From NCBI GenBank assembly GCA_030265395.1, contig JARFYF010000056.1, positions 14,684,113-14,747,652 on the forward strand: DNA of 63,540 nt, written 5' to 3'. The notes beneath the pieces were generated by a model that searched no databases, was not told the origin of the DNA, and worked only from the letters and a program-made list of their open reading frames with translations. The translations under genes were made by a program, and so were the position numbers. This document shows, piece after piece, positions 1 to 12,400 of this stretch. Every line of letters starts with the position of its first letter. The stretch's first letter is position 1. The DNA is from Rhina ancylostomus. Its lineage: Eukaryota.

Positions 1-1890
1 CTTAGTTCTCCCTGGCTTGACACTATCCTTTCTCTGCTGGTCCAGTTCCTTTCCACTTATATCCTCGACAAGGTGGTAGAGAGCCTATGACTTTGACCAT
101 TTCCAATTCCCTGGTTCCAACAGGCACATCTTTACCATGGATGTAAAATCACTTTACACTTCTGTCCCACATCAGGATGGTCGGAGATCCTTCTGCTTCC
201 TTCTTGAGCAGAGGCCCAGCCAGTTCCCCTCCAGCAACACAATTGTTTGTCTGGCTGAACTTGTTCTCATTCCACTTACTCTCTCCAGATCAACACCTGC
301 ATGGGTCCAGCCAATGCCTGTCTTTTTGTGGGATATGTGGAACGGTCGTTGTTCCAGTCCTACCCAGGCCAACTCCTTCAAGGGTACCCAGGCCACCTCC
401 TTCAAGGGTACCCAGGCCAGTTCCCTCAAGAGTACGCAGGCCAGTTCCCTCAAGGGTACCCAGGCCAACTCCCTCAGGGTACCCAGGCCAATTCCCTCAA
501 GGGTACCCAGGCCACCTCCTTCAAGGGTACCCAGGCCAGTTCCCTCAAGGGTACCCAAGCCAACTCCCTCAAGGTTATCCATGCCAACTCCCTCAAGTGT
601 ACATCAATGATTGTATGGATGCTCCTTCCTGCACTCATGCAAGTGTCAACAATTTCATTATTTTTGTTGCCAACTTCCGCCCTGCTCTCATCACCATGTG
701 GTCAATCTCTGACTTGTCGTTTCTTTTTCTGGANNNNNNNNNNCACTGTCTCCATCTCAGGAGATGGGCTAGTTACTAACATCCTTTAGAGGCCTCCCAC
801 AGCTACTTCAGCTGCTCTTCATTCCACACTGCCTACGGTAAGAACTCAGTTCCATTTTGCCAGTTCCTCTGTCTCTGTCGTATTTGCTCCAATGGTGAAA
901 CATACAGGTGCCTTCGAAATTCGTTCTATATTACTGAACCATGGCTTCCCCTCTACCATTGTTAACAAAGCCCTTGACCACATATCATCCATTTCCTGTG
1001 CCTCTGTTCTCACCCTTTCCCTCTGGGACAGAGCAGGTATAGAATGGCCCCGGTCCTCACCTTCCATCCATTCAACAGATCATTCTCTGCATTTTCAGGC
1101 ACCTTCGAACAGATTCCACCGCCCCCTCCTCCCCCGTCAGCATTTTACCAGGAAATGTTCTCTTCATGACTTCCTGATCCACTCTTCCATTCCCACCACC
1201 CTTCCCTTCTCACAGCACTTTCCCTGCAACCACAGGTGATGCAACACTTCTTCCCTTCCAACCAATGTGGTCTCCTCTACACTGGAGATTGGGTGATCAC
1301 TTTGCAGAGCGTTTGCCTTCAGTCCGCAGAGGTGACCCTGAGCTTCCCGTTGCCTGCCGCCTGAATTCTCCATCCCACTCCCACCCTGACCTATCGGTGT
1401 GTGGCCTCCTGTACGGTTACAACGAGACCCAATGCAAGCTTGGGAAATATCGCCTCATCTTCTCTTTGGGCACACTGCAGCCTTCTGGATTTATTCTACA
1501 ACTTCAGGCATCCATCTGTGATGTTGGTTCAGTTTGCTTTTTGTTTGTCCCCCCCCCCTTAGGAATGGAGGCCGTGCCCAGTCTGACCGGCCGCCCATGA
1601 CTTCCTGTTCCCTCTCTCCCAACTCCTACATCCTTCTGTCTCTGTTCTCACCCTCTAACTGCTCCCATTCACTCACTGACCAGACTACCTTGTGTTTTAC
1701 CCTCTGAGAGACACCCCCTCCCACCCGCCCTGCAGCTGAATAAGCTTCTTTTGTCTCCTTCCCGGTTCTGACAGAAGGTCTTCCACCGGAAACATTGACT
1801 CCATTTCTCTATCCACAGAAGCTGCCTGACCTGCTGAGCATTTCCAGCATTTTCTGATTTTTATTTTAGATTTCCAACACCTGCATTTTA
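1..1890 (+). mobile_element. Decayed Penelope-like element (RT + GIY-YIG endonuclease + 3' terminus)
   Basis: Frameshifted RT motifs MDVKSLYTSVPH, MGPxxACLFVGYVExSLFQ and YINDC (from YIDD). GIY-YIG C-terminal part RLGDHFAE..LPVA..NSPSH..LIFSLGTLQP. Terminal repeat with a decayed hammerhead-like core near 1775-1800. Confidence 0.85.
361..599 (+). repeat. 24-bp minisatellite, 10 copies, consensus TACCCAGGCCAxxTCCyTCAAGGG
   Basis: Units counted directly. Copy 5 (457-479) is 23 bp. Copies 2 and 7 are identical. Confidence 0.95.
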
Positions 1891-2071
1891 TTTAATTTTG
1901 AGGTAAAGGATTCGTTAATAAATGTCGGACAGACATTTTAAATTCAGTCCTAGTCTAATTCCTGGCCTCTCTGGATGCTGACAGACCTGGGTTGTATCTC
2001 TGCAATGCTCCTGCTCCGAGTGCCAGTCTCCACATTCTGTCTAAGAGAAGGCACCGGCTGTGTGTCCGTAC

Positions 2072-2223
2072 CTGGACCACGCGCATGTCCAGCCCGGTCT
2101 CGGACGAAAGCTGCTCCCGCACATGGCGAGCCGGTTTGGGCGAGTTGTTGTAGGCGTTCTTCAAGGTCTCCAACTGTTTGGCAGTGATCGTAGTCCGTGG
2201 CCTCTTGGCATTGGTTTCTGCTT
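2072..2223 (-). CDS. lhx3: LHX3 exon 4, homeodomain N-arm to start of helix 3
   Basis: Encodes (E)[50 protein letters not shown]. Polypyrimidine acceptor tttcctttcag|, donor CAG|gtacgg, 152 nt. The VWFQN-encoding exon is not seen, so it presumably lies left of the window. Confidence 0.98.
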
Positions 2224-2737
2224 CTGAAAGGAAATAGAAAAGCCCTTGGTGTGATCTAACCAACTGATCTGGTACAGGCAGCCTTCTTCCAGTGCCCGTT
2301 GACGAGCTGCATGAGTACCGATAGCCTCAGTAAAAGGGGGTGGGGAGAGAATAAAAAATGGCCTCTTGAGTGCGCCAAGTCGGTGTTTGAGGAAAGTGAG
2401 TACATGCATTGAGTAAGGCTGTGTTCCTGCATCTGTGGGGTGTGTCTGAGAGTGTGGCTGGGTGCACCAGTGCGTCCGATGAATGTGTGCGTGGTGTACA
2501 AGTCCGTTTGTATACATTCATAAAGATGTTTGTATGTGTAGCTATGTGGCTGTGTGTGTACGTCTTTACATGCATTTAGTGTACATATTGTGTACAGGAA
2601 TTACAATTCAGGTCACGGAATTATAGATACATTGCACACAAAAGTGCTTTGTGTGAGCGCTCACGGCTCACAGATAATGCCCTGTCAAAAAGAACGAAGA
2701 AGAGACCAGAGCTGTGGGAGTGCGGACCAGATTACAA

Positions 2738-2880
2738 TGAAATGGAAACAGAAAAAGCTGGAAACACTCGAAGAGTGTCGGAGCTGAGACGTTAACTCTG
2801 TTTCTCTTTCCAAGGACGCTGCCTGACCTGCGGAGTGTTTTTAGCGTTTCTGATTTTATTTCAGATGCCTTGTAATTGCA
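2738..2880. mobile_element. Fold-back (inverted pair) of Penelope-like termini
   Basis: tgaaatggaaacagaaaaagctggaaacactc faces gagtgtttttagcgtttctgattttatttca. Confidence 0.7.
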
Positions 2881-3140
2881 GATTTTTAAATGTTTTTATT
2901 TGTGGGTAAAAGAACTAACTTTCGCAATATGATGAGAGCCGAATGCTTGCTTTCCTGACCAATTGCGGGCATCANNNNNNNNNNNNNNNNNNNNNNNNNN
3001 NNNNNNNNNNNNNNNNNNNNNNNNNNNNNNNNNNNNNNNNNNNNNNNNNNNNNNNNNNNNNNNNNNNNNNNNNNNNNNNNNNNNNNNNTAGGACTGTCCA
3101 GCAAAGAGAAAGGTAAGGGACCACTTTCAACAGCACTGAC

Positions 3141-3343
3141 CTCTTTGTTTGGCTGCCTCGTAGTCTCCCTTACACACCAGTCTACTGTCCTCCATGAGAT
3201 AAAATTCATCGCCCGTGGCCAGCTGCCGCTTGCAAACGATGCAGGCGAAACACTGCAGGTGGTAGACAAAGTCCTGAGCCCTGCGGACCACCTGGGTGGG
3301 GGGAATCCCCTGCTGACAAGCGGCGCATTTCGTTCCGAATCGC
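3141..3343 (-). CDS. lhx3: LHX3 exon 3, LIM domain 2
   Basis: Encodes [67 protein letters not shown]. Acceptor tttgcag|, donor G|gtcagt, 203 nt, phase 2 in and phase 1 out. Confidence 0.98.
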
Positions 3344-4382
3344 CTGCAAATGTGAACACAGCGGGAAGCGGTGTCAGTACGGTGGACGGCGGCCCCACTG
3401 TTGGCCGCGGTGGCTGCAGAACTGTAGCAGCTTTGCAGCGGCTTCATTTCCACGGCTGCGCTGGTGAAAACGGTGCCACGACGGAGATCGCTCTCATGCT
3501 TCCTGATTAATAAAGGTTTGCTCATTAAAGAGGTACCGATCACTCACCTAGAGATACCCCTGCACACATACTACCCTTGCTTCATCAGACCCGCACACAG
3601 TATGTGTCCCTGCATATTGCACACTTACTGCAAACGGATACAGAAAGATCAACTTGACAGAAACTCTGTAAACAGCTAGACAACTACTGCACGTCGTGAG
3701 GCGTTATGAACTTGCTTCCGCTTGTTGGTAGATATATAGATTTTGCACAGAGTAAGACAGCAAGATAAACATCAAACCCAGTGGTATTAGAACTCTGATT
3801 CCGCTTCACAATTGCTCACAAGTGCTCAGCTCTTTGGGATGCCCCGAAATCGTGACAGGTGGTGAGAACCGAGCGTGTATTATTTTGTATAAATATACAT
3901 CTGAGCTTATAAATAAATAAACTAAGTGGCGTTATGTTTCACACAAAACAGTTGTGCAATAAGTGGAAGATTAGAAAACTAACGTGGCTATTCTGTTATG
4001 AATGGGCACACAGAAATAATGTTCAATAATTAATATCCAGATGGATACATAGATTGGAATTTATACAACATCTGGATAGAAAATGGATATTGAGAAATAT
4101 TTGGGAATGCATTTAGTGATCTTTGATGTCTCAGAAGTGTGCCACAGCCAGCAAGGCGCTTCGTGAAATATGTTCCTGTTATAGAACAGAGAACCTGACG
4201 GCCAATTTACACATAACCTGATAGGTAAATATTATAATCTCAACCCACGACTTTCTGACACAGAACGGTGGGTGCTGCCAACCGGATCACAGCTGGCACT
4301 CAAACTAATATACCTAAATAGATAAATAAGATATCGTACAATACTTGACAGACAAAATTACACAATCCCAAAAAAGAAAACT

Positions 4383-4588
4383 ACAAATGCTGGAAATCTG
4401 AAATAAAAACAGAAAAGTGATGGAAACACTCAACAGGAGAGGCAGCATCTGCGGGGGTTAAATAGTTAATCTCTCAGGTCTGAGACCGTTGGTCGGAACA
4501 TTGATGAAGGTCTCGTCCACGTGAAGTATCAACTGTTTCCCGTTCCGTGGATGCTCGCTGAGTATTGAGCGCATTTTCTATTTTCAGA
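4383..4588. mobile_element. Fold-back (inverted pair) of Penelope-like termini
   Basis: Left arm ctgaaataaaaacagaaaa..actcaacagg..ggcagcatc. Right arm tgatgaaggtc..gatgctc..ctgagtatt..gcattttctattttcag. Confidence 0.7.
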
Positions 4589-6051
4589 CTCAATACTCAA
4601 ACGGGTTAACACAAACAGGTAAGTGGGAACTGAATCCAAAGAAATAGATATTGTCAGCAGATCAATACTAAAATGCAGTATACCGATAAGCAAAAAATTA
4701 TATACCACTGAGGTATATACCACTATGATATATATCACTCTTTATATCACTGCTTATTTACCACTGTTTATTTTCACCACTGAGGCACTAAATAGCTAAT
4801 ATATCCAAACAGAACAATAACATCACCAGGCGGAGAAATACACGTCATTTCCAGATGGATTGATGAATAAGATATTGGGAATGGAATAGTAAAATAGATA
4901 AATAAACGCAATATTATGATAAATAGATACTATATCCAATAGACAATAGACACAGTCGCCAAATATATGTTGCATCAAGACATACGAATTATACACAGGT
5001 AAATAAAGATACAGTACGCTGATAGATAAAGTCACTCAAATGGGTGCACTGCATCCAGCTTCACAGATACAGTTTCTGAAAACAAAATACAATATTCAGA
5101 GAGCTAGATAGGATTTAAATAAATAAAAACAATATCTTGACAATAACTAGATACAGTTTCTAGATAAAAAGATGCAGAGTCCGTACAAATAAATAAGCAC
5201 TGCATTCAAATTTAGAAGTGGATCTGAGTAGATGCGTAGACACAGAATGCAGTTGGATGTATTTATTGATCAAATAGATAAACATAAACAAATAACTGGA
5301 CACTCCAAACAGAATCCAAAGAGATAATATATAGTCTGCTGATGGATAATAACATGCAGCAAGCAAACAGACCAGAAAATATACCACCCTGAGAAATAAA
5401 AAGGTACTTTCCCCAGATAGGCATGAAATACATCACTGATATTATCTTAATAAAAAAATAGATACAACATATAGAGTTAAAATAGAAAAAATTATATTGC
5501 ATTCCAATACAGAAATAGAATGAATAGCCAGATGGGCTTATGTGTAAGTAACATGACACACCAATAGAAACAAGAACCTGATGGATATAGATAATGTACC
5601 CGGACTGTTTAATCGAAGGAATATCCTGATTGATAAATTGAGGCAGTGCACTGAGAGATAGGCTCTGTATCAAGTGGGTAAATAAATAGTTTTCCACACA
5701 GAAAAACAGAAACAAAACCTTGATAAGTGAATGGATCCTGACACAAATTGATGGATACCACATCCAAATAGTTAGAGTATTATTACAGAAAGATAGATAT
5801 ATAAAATATCCTGAGAGATCTATAGATGTTGTACTCAGATAGATAACTCTCAGGTGTATAACAAAAAATTACTATTCTATCCAGTTAGTTAAATGGACAG
5901 GGTACTCTGATAAATAAACGGATATGGAATCCTGATAGATAAATAGGTACAATATCCAGATGGAAAATAGATACTGTAACTAGATTCAGAAATCAAAGAA
6001 GGACACATATAACAAAATACTCCCACAGATCTTTAAACAAAAACTTTATTT

Positions 6052-6271
6052 TTACAGCACGGTAACAGGCCCTTCCAGCCCAATGAGTCCGCACCACCCA
6101 TTTAAACCCATGTTAACCAACCCGTATGTCTTTGGAATGTGGGAGGACACTGGAGCACCCAGAGGAAACCCACACAGACACAGGGAGAATGTACAAACTC
6201 CTTACAGACAGTGGCAGGAATTGAACCCTGATCACTTGCACTGTAATAGTGTCACACTAACCGCTATGCTA
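6052..6271 (-). mobile_element. tRNA-derived V-SINE (HE1-like)
   Basis: Minus strand has a tRNA-like head (tagcggttag.., gggttcaattcc B box), the V-domain ggagtttgtacattctccctgtgtctgtgtgggtttcctc and a CR1-type tail gggctggaagggcctgttaccgtgctgta. Confidence 0.85.
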
Positions 6272-7999
6272 AACAGACACAACACCTGAACAGACATACT
6301 GAAGTCAGATAGATAAACTAGATAGAACAATTATGACAATATTTTTTATCCACAGGACATGGGCATTCCAGGCAAGTTTGTTGCCCTGACTACCCTTGAA
6401 TTGAACAGTTTGCTTGGCCATGTCAGAGGGCAGATAAGAGTCAACCATGTTGCTGTGGGTTTGGAGTCACATACAACTTTATAGACTTCCTTCTCCAAAG
6501 AACACCAGTGGACCAGCTGGGTTTTTACAACACTACTGATTACATTAAATTTAGAAAAATGAACTGAAATTAATTGAAGTTAAATTTCTACCTACCACAC
6601 TAGGATTTGGAATTGTATTTCCATATCTGTAATACTTGTCTATTAAAATAACAATTACTCTGTGTACCAAACAGCAGCCATCATGATGCTCTGGATATCG
6701 TTCCTCCAGGGTGAGGAAGTTTTTGTCGTCATGGAACATGTCAGCACAGAAAAAACCTTTCATATTCACTCTCCCTGGGGATTTCATGATTTAGCACATC
6801 TCAAATAAATCTGAGCTTCCTCTATTCCAGAGATACTTAAGGGTCTGCTGCTGCTCAAATGACAGTCTTTTTGTTGGTGGCCTCTGAATGAAGCACCTGC
6901 ATCCACCTGGGTAAAGCTTAGAGCATCCTGCACCTTCCCATGTGCACTCTTTACCTTTACAAGTAATTTTAATTATTAAATGTACATACTGTAGACCCTT
7001 AAGTATCTTTTATCATAACAAAAATGTCCCAGCCTTGACAAGATCCTGCTTTGTATATGCTTTGCTGTTCACACGTCCTTCCAATACTGTGCAGAGTTCT
7101 GTTCACAACAATAGCATAACTATGGATTACCTGGTATCTTACACACTTTAAGCTCTTGCATTCCACACTTCCACCAACAATGCCTTTCTTAAAACCTCTT
7201 TAATATGCCACTCATGGTTGAGACCAACTCCGCCAATTTTCTGTAATCAAGTATGGATGTCTCCCACACCTCACAAATTCTCTGCTGCTGCTCAAATGAC
7301 AGTCTTTTTGTTGGTGGCCTCTGAATGAAGCACCTGCATCCACCTGGGTAAAGCTTANNNNNNNNNNNNNNNNNNNNNNNNNNNNNNNNNNNNNNNNNNN
7401 NNNNNNNNNNNNNNNNNNNNNNNNNNNNNNNNNNNNNNNNNNNNNNNNNNNNNGCTTCTACCTTTTTGCTCCTAACAACACTCTCTGCTTCTCCTCACTT
7501 GTGAAGTGCAAATCACCATGTATAAACACATCTTGAAATTGATGAGGGCCAATTCATATCCAATTAGTATTGCATCCTGACTGACATCACTATTTGTCTA
7601 TTCTGAGTATCTCTGGCATATGCAAGTATTGCTTTCTATAGCCCTAACGGGCAGCTTTAATTGCAATATTAAATCATGCTGCAAATTAATAATATATCAA
7701 CATCCAAAGTGCCCAAACAACAATGCTACAACTGCATAACCACCATGTTTAGATGTATATTGCACCTGGGTGGATAAGATATAGGAGACACAAGAGACTG
7801 CAGATGCAGGAATCAATGCTGAACACTGCTCGACCCACTGAGTTCCTCCTACAGATCATTTGTTGCACAAGAAGATATAGGATCTGGATAAAGAGTTACT
7901 ACTGCAGCCAGATAAAAGATTAAATGATACAACATCTGGACAGTCAAATAGGTAGTGGACATAGGCAGATACAAAGATCCAACACCTAGATGGATGAAC

Positions 8000-9115
8000 A
8001 AGAAAACATGCAAAAAGGAATTCTATTTTGTCCCTTCAGCTGATTTGTGCCCCAGCTGCTTATACCGGCTTTGTTCCATATCCTTAAACATGTTTGGTTA
8101 ATAAAAACCTTTGAAACATCAAGTGTAAAATTAACAATTAGTCTACACCAATTGCTGTTTCTTTCCTAACTTTAACCCCAAAAGACCATACTCTAATCTT
8201 TAGACAATGATTTCCTGATCCTAGCTCCCCAGTCAACAGATATAGATTTCATCCACCTTGTCAGTTTCCCATGGCACTCTGAGAAGTTTAATCACTCTTG
8301 AACTTAAATTCCAGAGATCACAGGCCTTCTTTGAATAATTTATCCTTAATTTGAAGGAGTCCTGCCATAACTCTGGCAAATCTGTAGTGTCCTCCCACCA
8401 AGACCAATATCATTTCCAATTAAACATTGTTCTTTGGTTACAGCCCAGTCAAGGTTGTGTATGACAGCATGGAAACTTTTATTTGCTGGACACACTATTC
8501 TATAACTAGGCCAGTATTGTATTGGTTTTATTAACTATTTCCTGTACCTCTACAATAATTTTGGTTACCTCCTGTACATAGACCCTTATGTATCTTCGGG
8601 CTTTCACTACTTCTATCTTTTTGCCTTTCTATTCCAGTTAGGTATTTCCCTACATTGAGCTCCATTTGCCACAGTTTTACCTATTCACTAAATCTATTAA
8701 CTTAACATTGTAATTTAATGCTCCCATTTGCATTTGTTTCCATATTGCCTTTCTTTCTGTCTTTGGCAAACTTGGAACCTCTATGCCACTGTCTAGGCCA
8801 TTTATAAATAGTGTGAAAAGACATAACCCCAAGAGGTATCCTTGTGAGATGCACCAGTCTCATCTTGCCATTTTCAGTAACTGTTAATTATCCCTAGTCT
8901 GTCTCCTACTTCTCAGATAATGTTCTAGCATGGTCAATAACTTACGTTCAATTCTATGAGCTTTAATTTAACACTCCATTATGGGATAAATAACTTCTGA
9001 AAGCTCACATAAATAACATCCACAAACATTTTCCTGTTCATTTAAGCAACCCCCTTCAAAAAATTCAATCATATTCATCAGGCATTCATTAGTGCTTACA
9101 AATGAAAGGTAGATA
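8000..9115 (-). mobile_element. Highly decayed CR1 LINE remnant
   Basis: Reverse-strand CR1 hallmarks: ccatttgccac, tttggcaaacttgg, ctgaaagctcacataaataacatccaca, aaaattcaatcat. Similar remnants at about 15620-16800, 20610-21110 and 46960-47370. Confidence 0.55.
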
Positions 9116-9616
9116 ACCTTGATAAACTGAGAGTTTTTAAGCCATTCACCATATAGATAGGCTATTAAGATAAACATATAAATAACATTCAGACTGCAAA
9201 ATAAATACAACATTCAATACAGCATGAAGCATTTGGATAGAAAAAGAGAAACGGTAAGCAGGCAGAGAAATAGGTGCAAAATCCAGACGGGCCTGTTAAA
9301 GAGAGATACTGCACTCAGTCAGAAAACAGGATACAGCAACTGGACAAATGACGGACTGCAGTAACTGTAGTCAGATTTAAAGAAAGGCGGGAACAGAATA
9401 CAGATGCTGCATTCAGACAGCTAAAATAAAGACAATACTCAGAAAAATAAAGGAATATTGCACTCAAGCAGTTAAAGAGAGGATTTACTTGAATAGCAAG
9501 ATACAACATTCTGGCAGCAAGAAGACATATCTAAATAGATAAAGTGATATTGAACTGTGGAAGGTAAAGAGAGGTCATATCCAGATTTTTTGTGATTTCA
9601 CCATCACACTCAAACA

Positions 9617-9800
9617 ATAACAGAAAATGCAGGAACTGCTCAGCAGAGAAACTGAGTTAATGTTTCAGCTTGAAGACCCTTCATCAGAAGGCCCGTAGTC
9701 TTCAACCTGAAACATTAACACTGTTAATCTTTCCACAGATGCTGTCTAACCTGCTGAGTGTTTGCAGCATTTTCTATTTTTACTTCAGAAGTTTCAACAT
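9617..9800. mobile_element. Fold-back (inverted pair) of Penelope-like termini
   Basis: Inner arms 9656-9677 and 9698-9719 are reverse complements with 1 mismatch in 22. Outer arms at 9621-9646 and 9751-9776. Minus-strand CTGATGA at 9687-9681 and GAAA at 9666-9663. Confidence 0.8.
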
Positions 9801-10039
9801 CGGAAGTTTTCCTTTTATTTTCATTCATCACTGCCTCCCTTATTTGATTTCCAATATCCACAATGGTGGGAGATGGAGGAAAGGCCTTGGGCCAAATGTT
9901 GGAATGTCCTCTTCACCAAACTAAACCGAACATTGGCATCAGACATATCTTTTAAACACCATTGTTTAGGTTTTCCCTGGCCTAGAATCTGGATAACTTT
10001 GAACTCCTCCGTCAGACCATCTTCACCTTCTCTGTTTGA

Positions 10040-10500
10040 AAGAGAATGACTCTGTCTTTACCTCTCGCTGCCTTGGCGAAGCAGCCAGCATAATTAGAGA
10101 CCCCACCCACCCAGGTCATTCTCTCTTCTCTCCTCTCCCATCAAGCAGAAGATACAGGAGCCTGAGGGCACGTACCACCAGGCTCAAGGANNNNNNNNNN
10201 NNNNNNNNNNNNNNNNNNNNNNNNNNNNNNNNNNNNNNNNNNNNNNNNNNNNNNNNNNNNNNNNNNNNNNNNNNNNNNNNNNNNNNNNNNNNNNNNNNNN
10301 NNNNNNNNNNNNNNNNNNNNNNNNNNNNNNNNNNNNNNNNNNNNNNNNNNNNNNNNNNNNNNNNNNNNNNNNNNNNNNNNNNNNNNNNNNNNNNNNNNNN
10401 NNNNNNNNNNNNNNNNNNNNNNNNNNNNNNNNNNNNNNNNNNNNACAAGTTTTTCACTGTACCTTGGTACAAGTGACAATAATAAACCAACACCAATACA
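10040..10500 (+). mobile_element. Rex1/Babar-type LINE 3' end (gapped)
   Basis: RCLGEAASIIRDPTHPGHSLFSPLPSSRRYRSLRARTTRL is the typical Rex1/Babar C-terminus, with tail cactgtaccttggtacaagtgacaataataaacc. Related tails at about 17840-17985 (+), 22770-22850, 38595-38870 and 46470-46670 (-). Confidence 0.75.
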
Positions 10501-11809
10501 TCTATCCACAAACATAACATTTCTCATCCATGGAACCACTTTTGGCACCTTCCCTGGGGATTTCACTTCTTTCTTATGCAGTAGAAATCAGAATCAGGGA
10601 CAATACTTCAATTGTTATTGAACCTTTGCTTTGTAGAGGTTCAACATGCTTTCCAGCCATAAATGGTACCATCTGTTAAGGTCTCAACAAACTGCTATTG
10701 TTGTGCAGGACTCTAGATGTATTTTTAAAAATGCTTTCTCAGCTTATTCTGCCACCTTCAAGGACTCACAGACATACACAATCAGATTTCTCCATCTCTG
10801 TATCTCTTTTAGAATTGCAGCCTTCATACCCTATTGCAATTGGACGAGTGAAGCAGCTAAGCAGTTGATGGCCAGGATTTTCCTGAGAAAATGGCTTCCC
10901 TACTTGAAAGTCTGCACAATTAAGTGTGGACTCTATGCATAGAGGTACGGCAAGTATAGGCAATGCCAGTTAGTACTTGGCCTACATAATATTGCATTAA
11001 GACAAATAAAGGGTAGATAATGCGATTTAGCACCTGAGCAGATAATGTGATGAGACTCCCGACATCAGACAGATAAATACTGCACACCAAATAGATTGAA
11101 ATATCTTAAAGGAATAATTAAAGAGACACCCTATCCAGACACAAGGAATATTCTATCCAGGAATGCTATGAGAAAGTCAGTGCAGGTAAAGACTGGATAT
11201 AGTTCCCAAAAAGGTAAACTAATAATATCTACAGTACCCAAACAGTCAAACTGACATTGTCCTCAATAAAGAGATACCATTCCTGAACTAAAACTACATC
11301 TAATAAAGAGCTGCTGGTGTCAGATGGTCAGACTGGCACTGCAGACAACAGATAAAGATATACTAATGGCAGACAGATAAATAAGTACTGTGGTTAGATG
11401 ATCAGAGATATTTCAAAGGGCAGTAAAAAAGAAACCATACCCAGAAAGCTAGGGAGAAATTGTATCCAAACACATAGACAGGTACTCTACCATTTAGAGA
11501 ATGATAATATATTGTCAGATAAAGAGATAAATCATGCAGATAAAGATACATTATATCCAGAAAGAGATATTTTATGTGCATGAATAATTAGATTATCTAA
11601 CCAGATGGATCAATAGATCTACATAAATAGATACTGAATCTGAGTGTAAATTGTAATACCAACTAGTTACTAACCTCTTACAATAAATAGATCTGGTACA
11701 AGACATGTAACAAAATACTCTATGCAGGTTGATGCCAAATACAATGCATAGAAAGACAAAGAAAATCTCAGATGGAGAGTGTGCCGAGACTATTTGGCTC
11801 TAAAGGGGG

Positions 11810-12400
11810 TATTTCTCTTTACCAGTTGAGGGACAGTATTTCTATATCTAAATGAGTAGAGCATCAATTTATGTGTGTCTGGATAGCACCTCTTTATCTG
11901 ATGGTTACGGTTAGTCTCTACTTACTGTTTCACCTGTCTGGGTGTACCATCACTTTATCTATCTGTTAATAGTATCTGTTTATCAAGTTTGATGCTGTAT
12001 CTCCTTGAGCATCTGGGTTAATATAGCTGGGTAAGTATTGGATTACTTCACTAACCCAGATAAAATGTCTCCTTACTTGTTCAAATATAACATCCCTCTC
12101 CCTCTTTTTTTGGAGTATCTACCTGGGTACCGTACCTAAGTCTATTTGGAGAAGGCATCTATATATCCAGATACTCTATTAATTCATCTGTGAAAGATGT
12201 CTACTTATCCATCTGCACAAACCTGGAAAACATATCTGGGGTTAAAAGTAAGAATACATATATAATTTGACTAGATTGGTTACCCATCTATCCAACAATT
12301 GAAAATTATTTGGGTAAAATTTATCTGTCTGGATAAAGTGTTTCTTCATCTGTGTCCATACAATCACTCTTTCTTCATCTATTTACAATAATTATGTCAG
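11810..12400 (-). repeat. Inverted block of the same ~25-bp satellite
   Basis: Units read as the reverse complement, e.g. ggatagcacctctttatctg, gtaccatcactttatctatctg and tttatctgtctggataaagt. Confidence 0.7.

Noticed and set aside
137-789. Pro/Gln/Ser-rich repeat ORFs suggesting a novel repetitive protein or a CRISPR-like array
   Set aside because: They are translations of a head-to-tail 24-bp minisatellite inside a frameshifted Penelope RT. There are no unique spacers, and the DNA is eukaryotic.
3250-3270. YHLQC instead of YHLHC in LIM2 as loss of a zinc ligand
   Set aside because: The ligands are the first H and the C of HxxC. The substituted position is a spacer, so the finger is intact.
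6200-6271. tRNA gene
   Set aside because: The A/B-box-like sequence is the head of a V-SINE and there is no complete cloverleaf.
6844-7357. Exact 77-bp direct repeat (6844-6920 and 7281-7357)
   Set aside because: The second copy ends exactly at an N gap, so it is most likely a scaffolding/overlap artefact.
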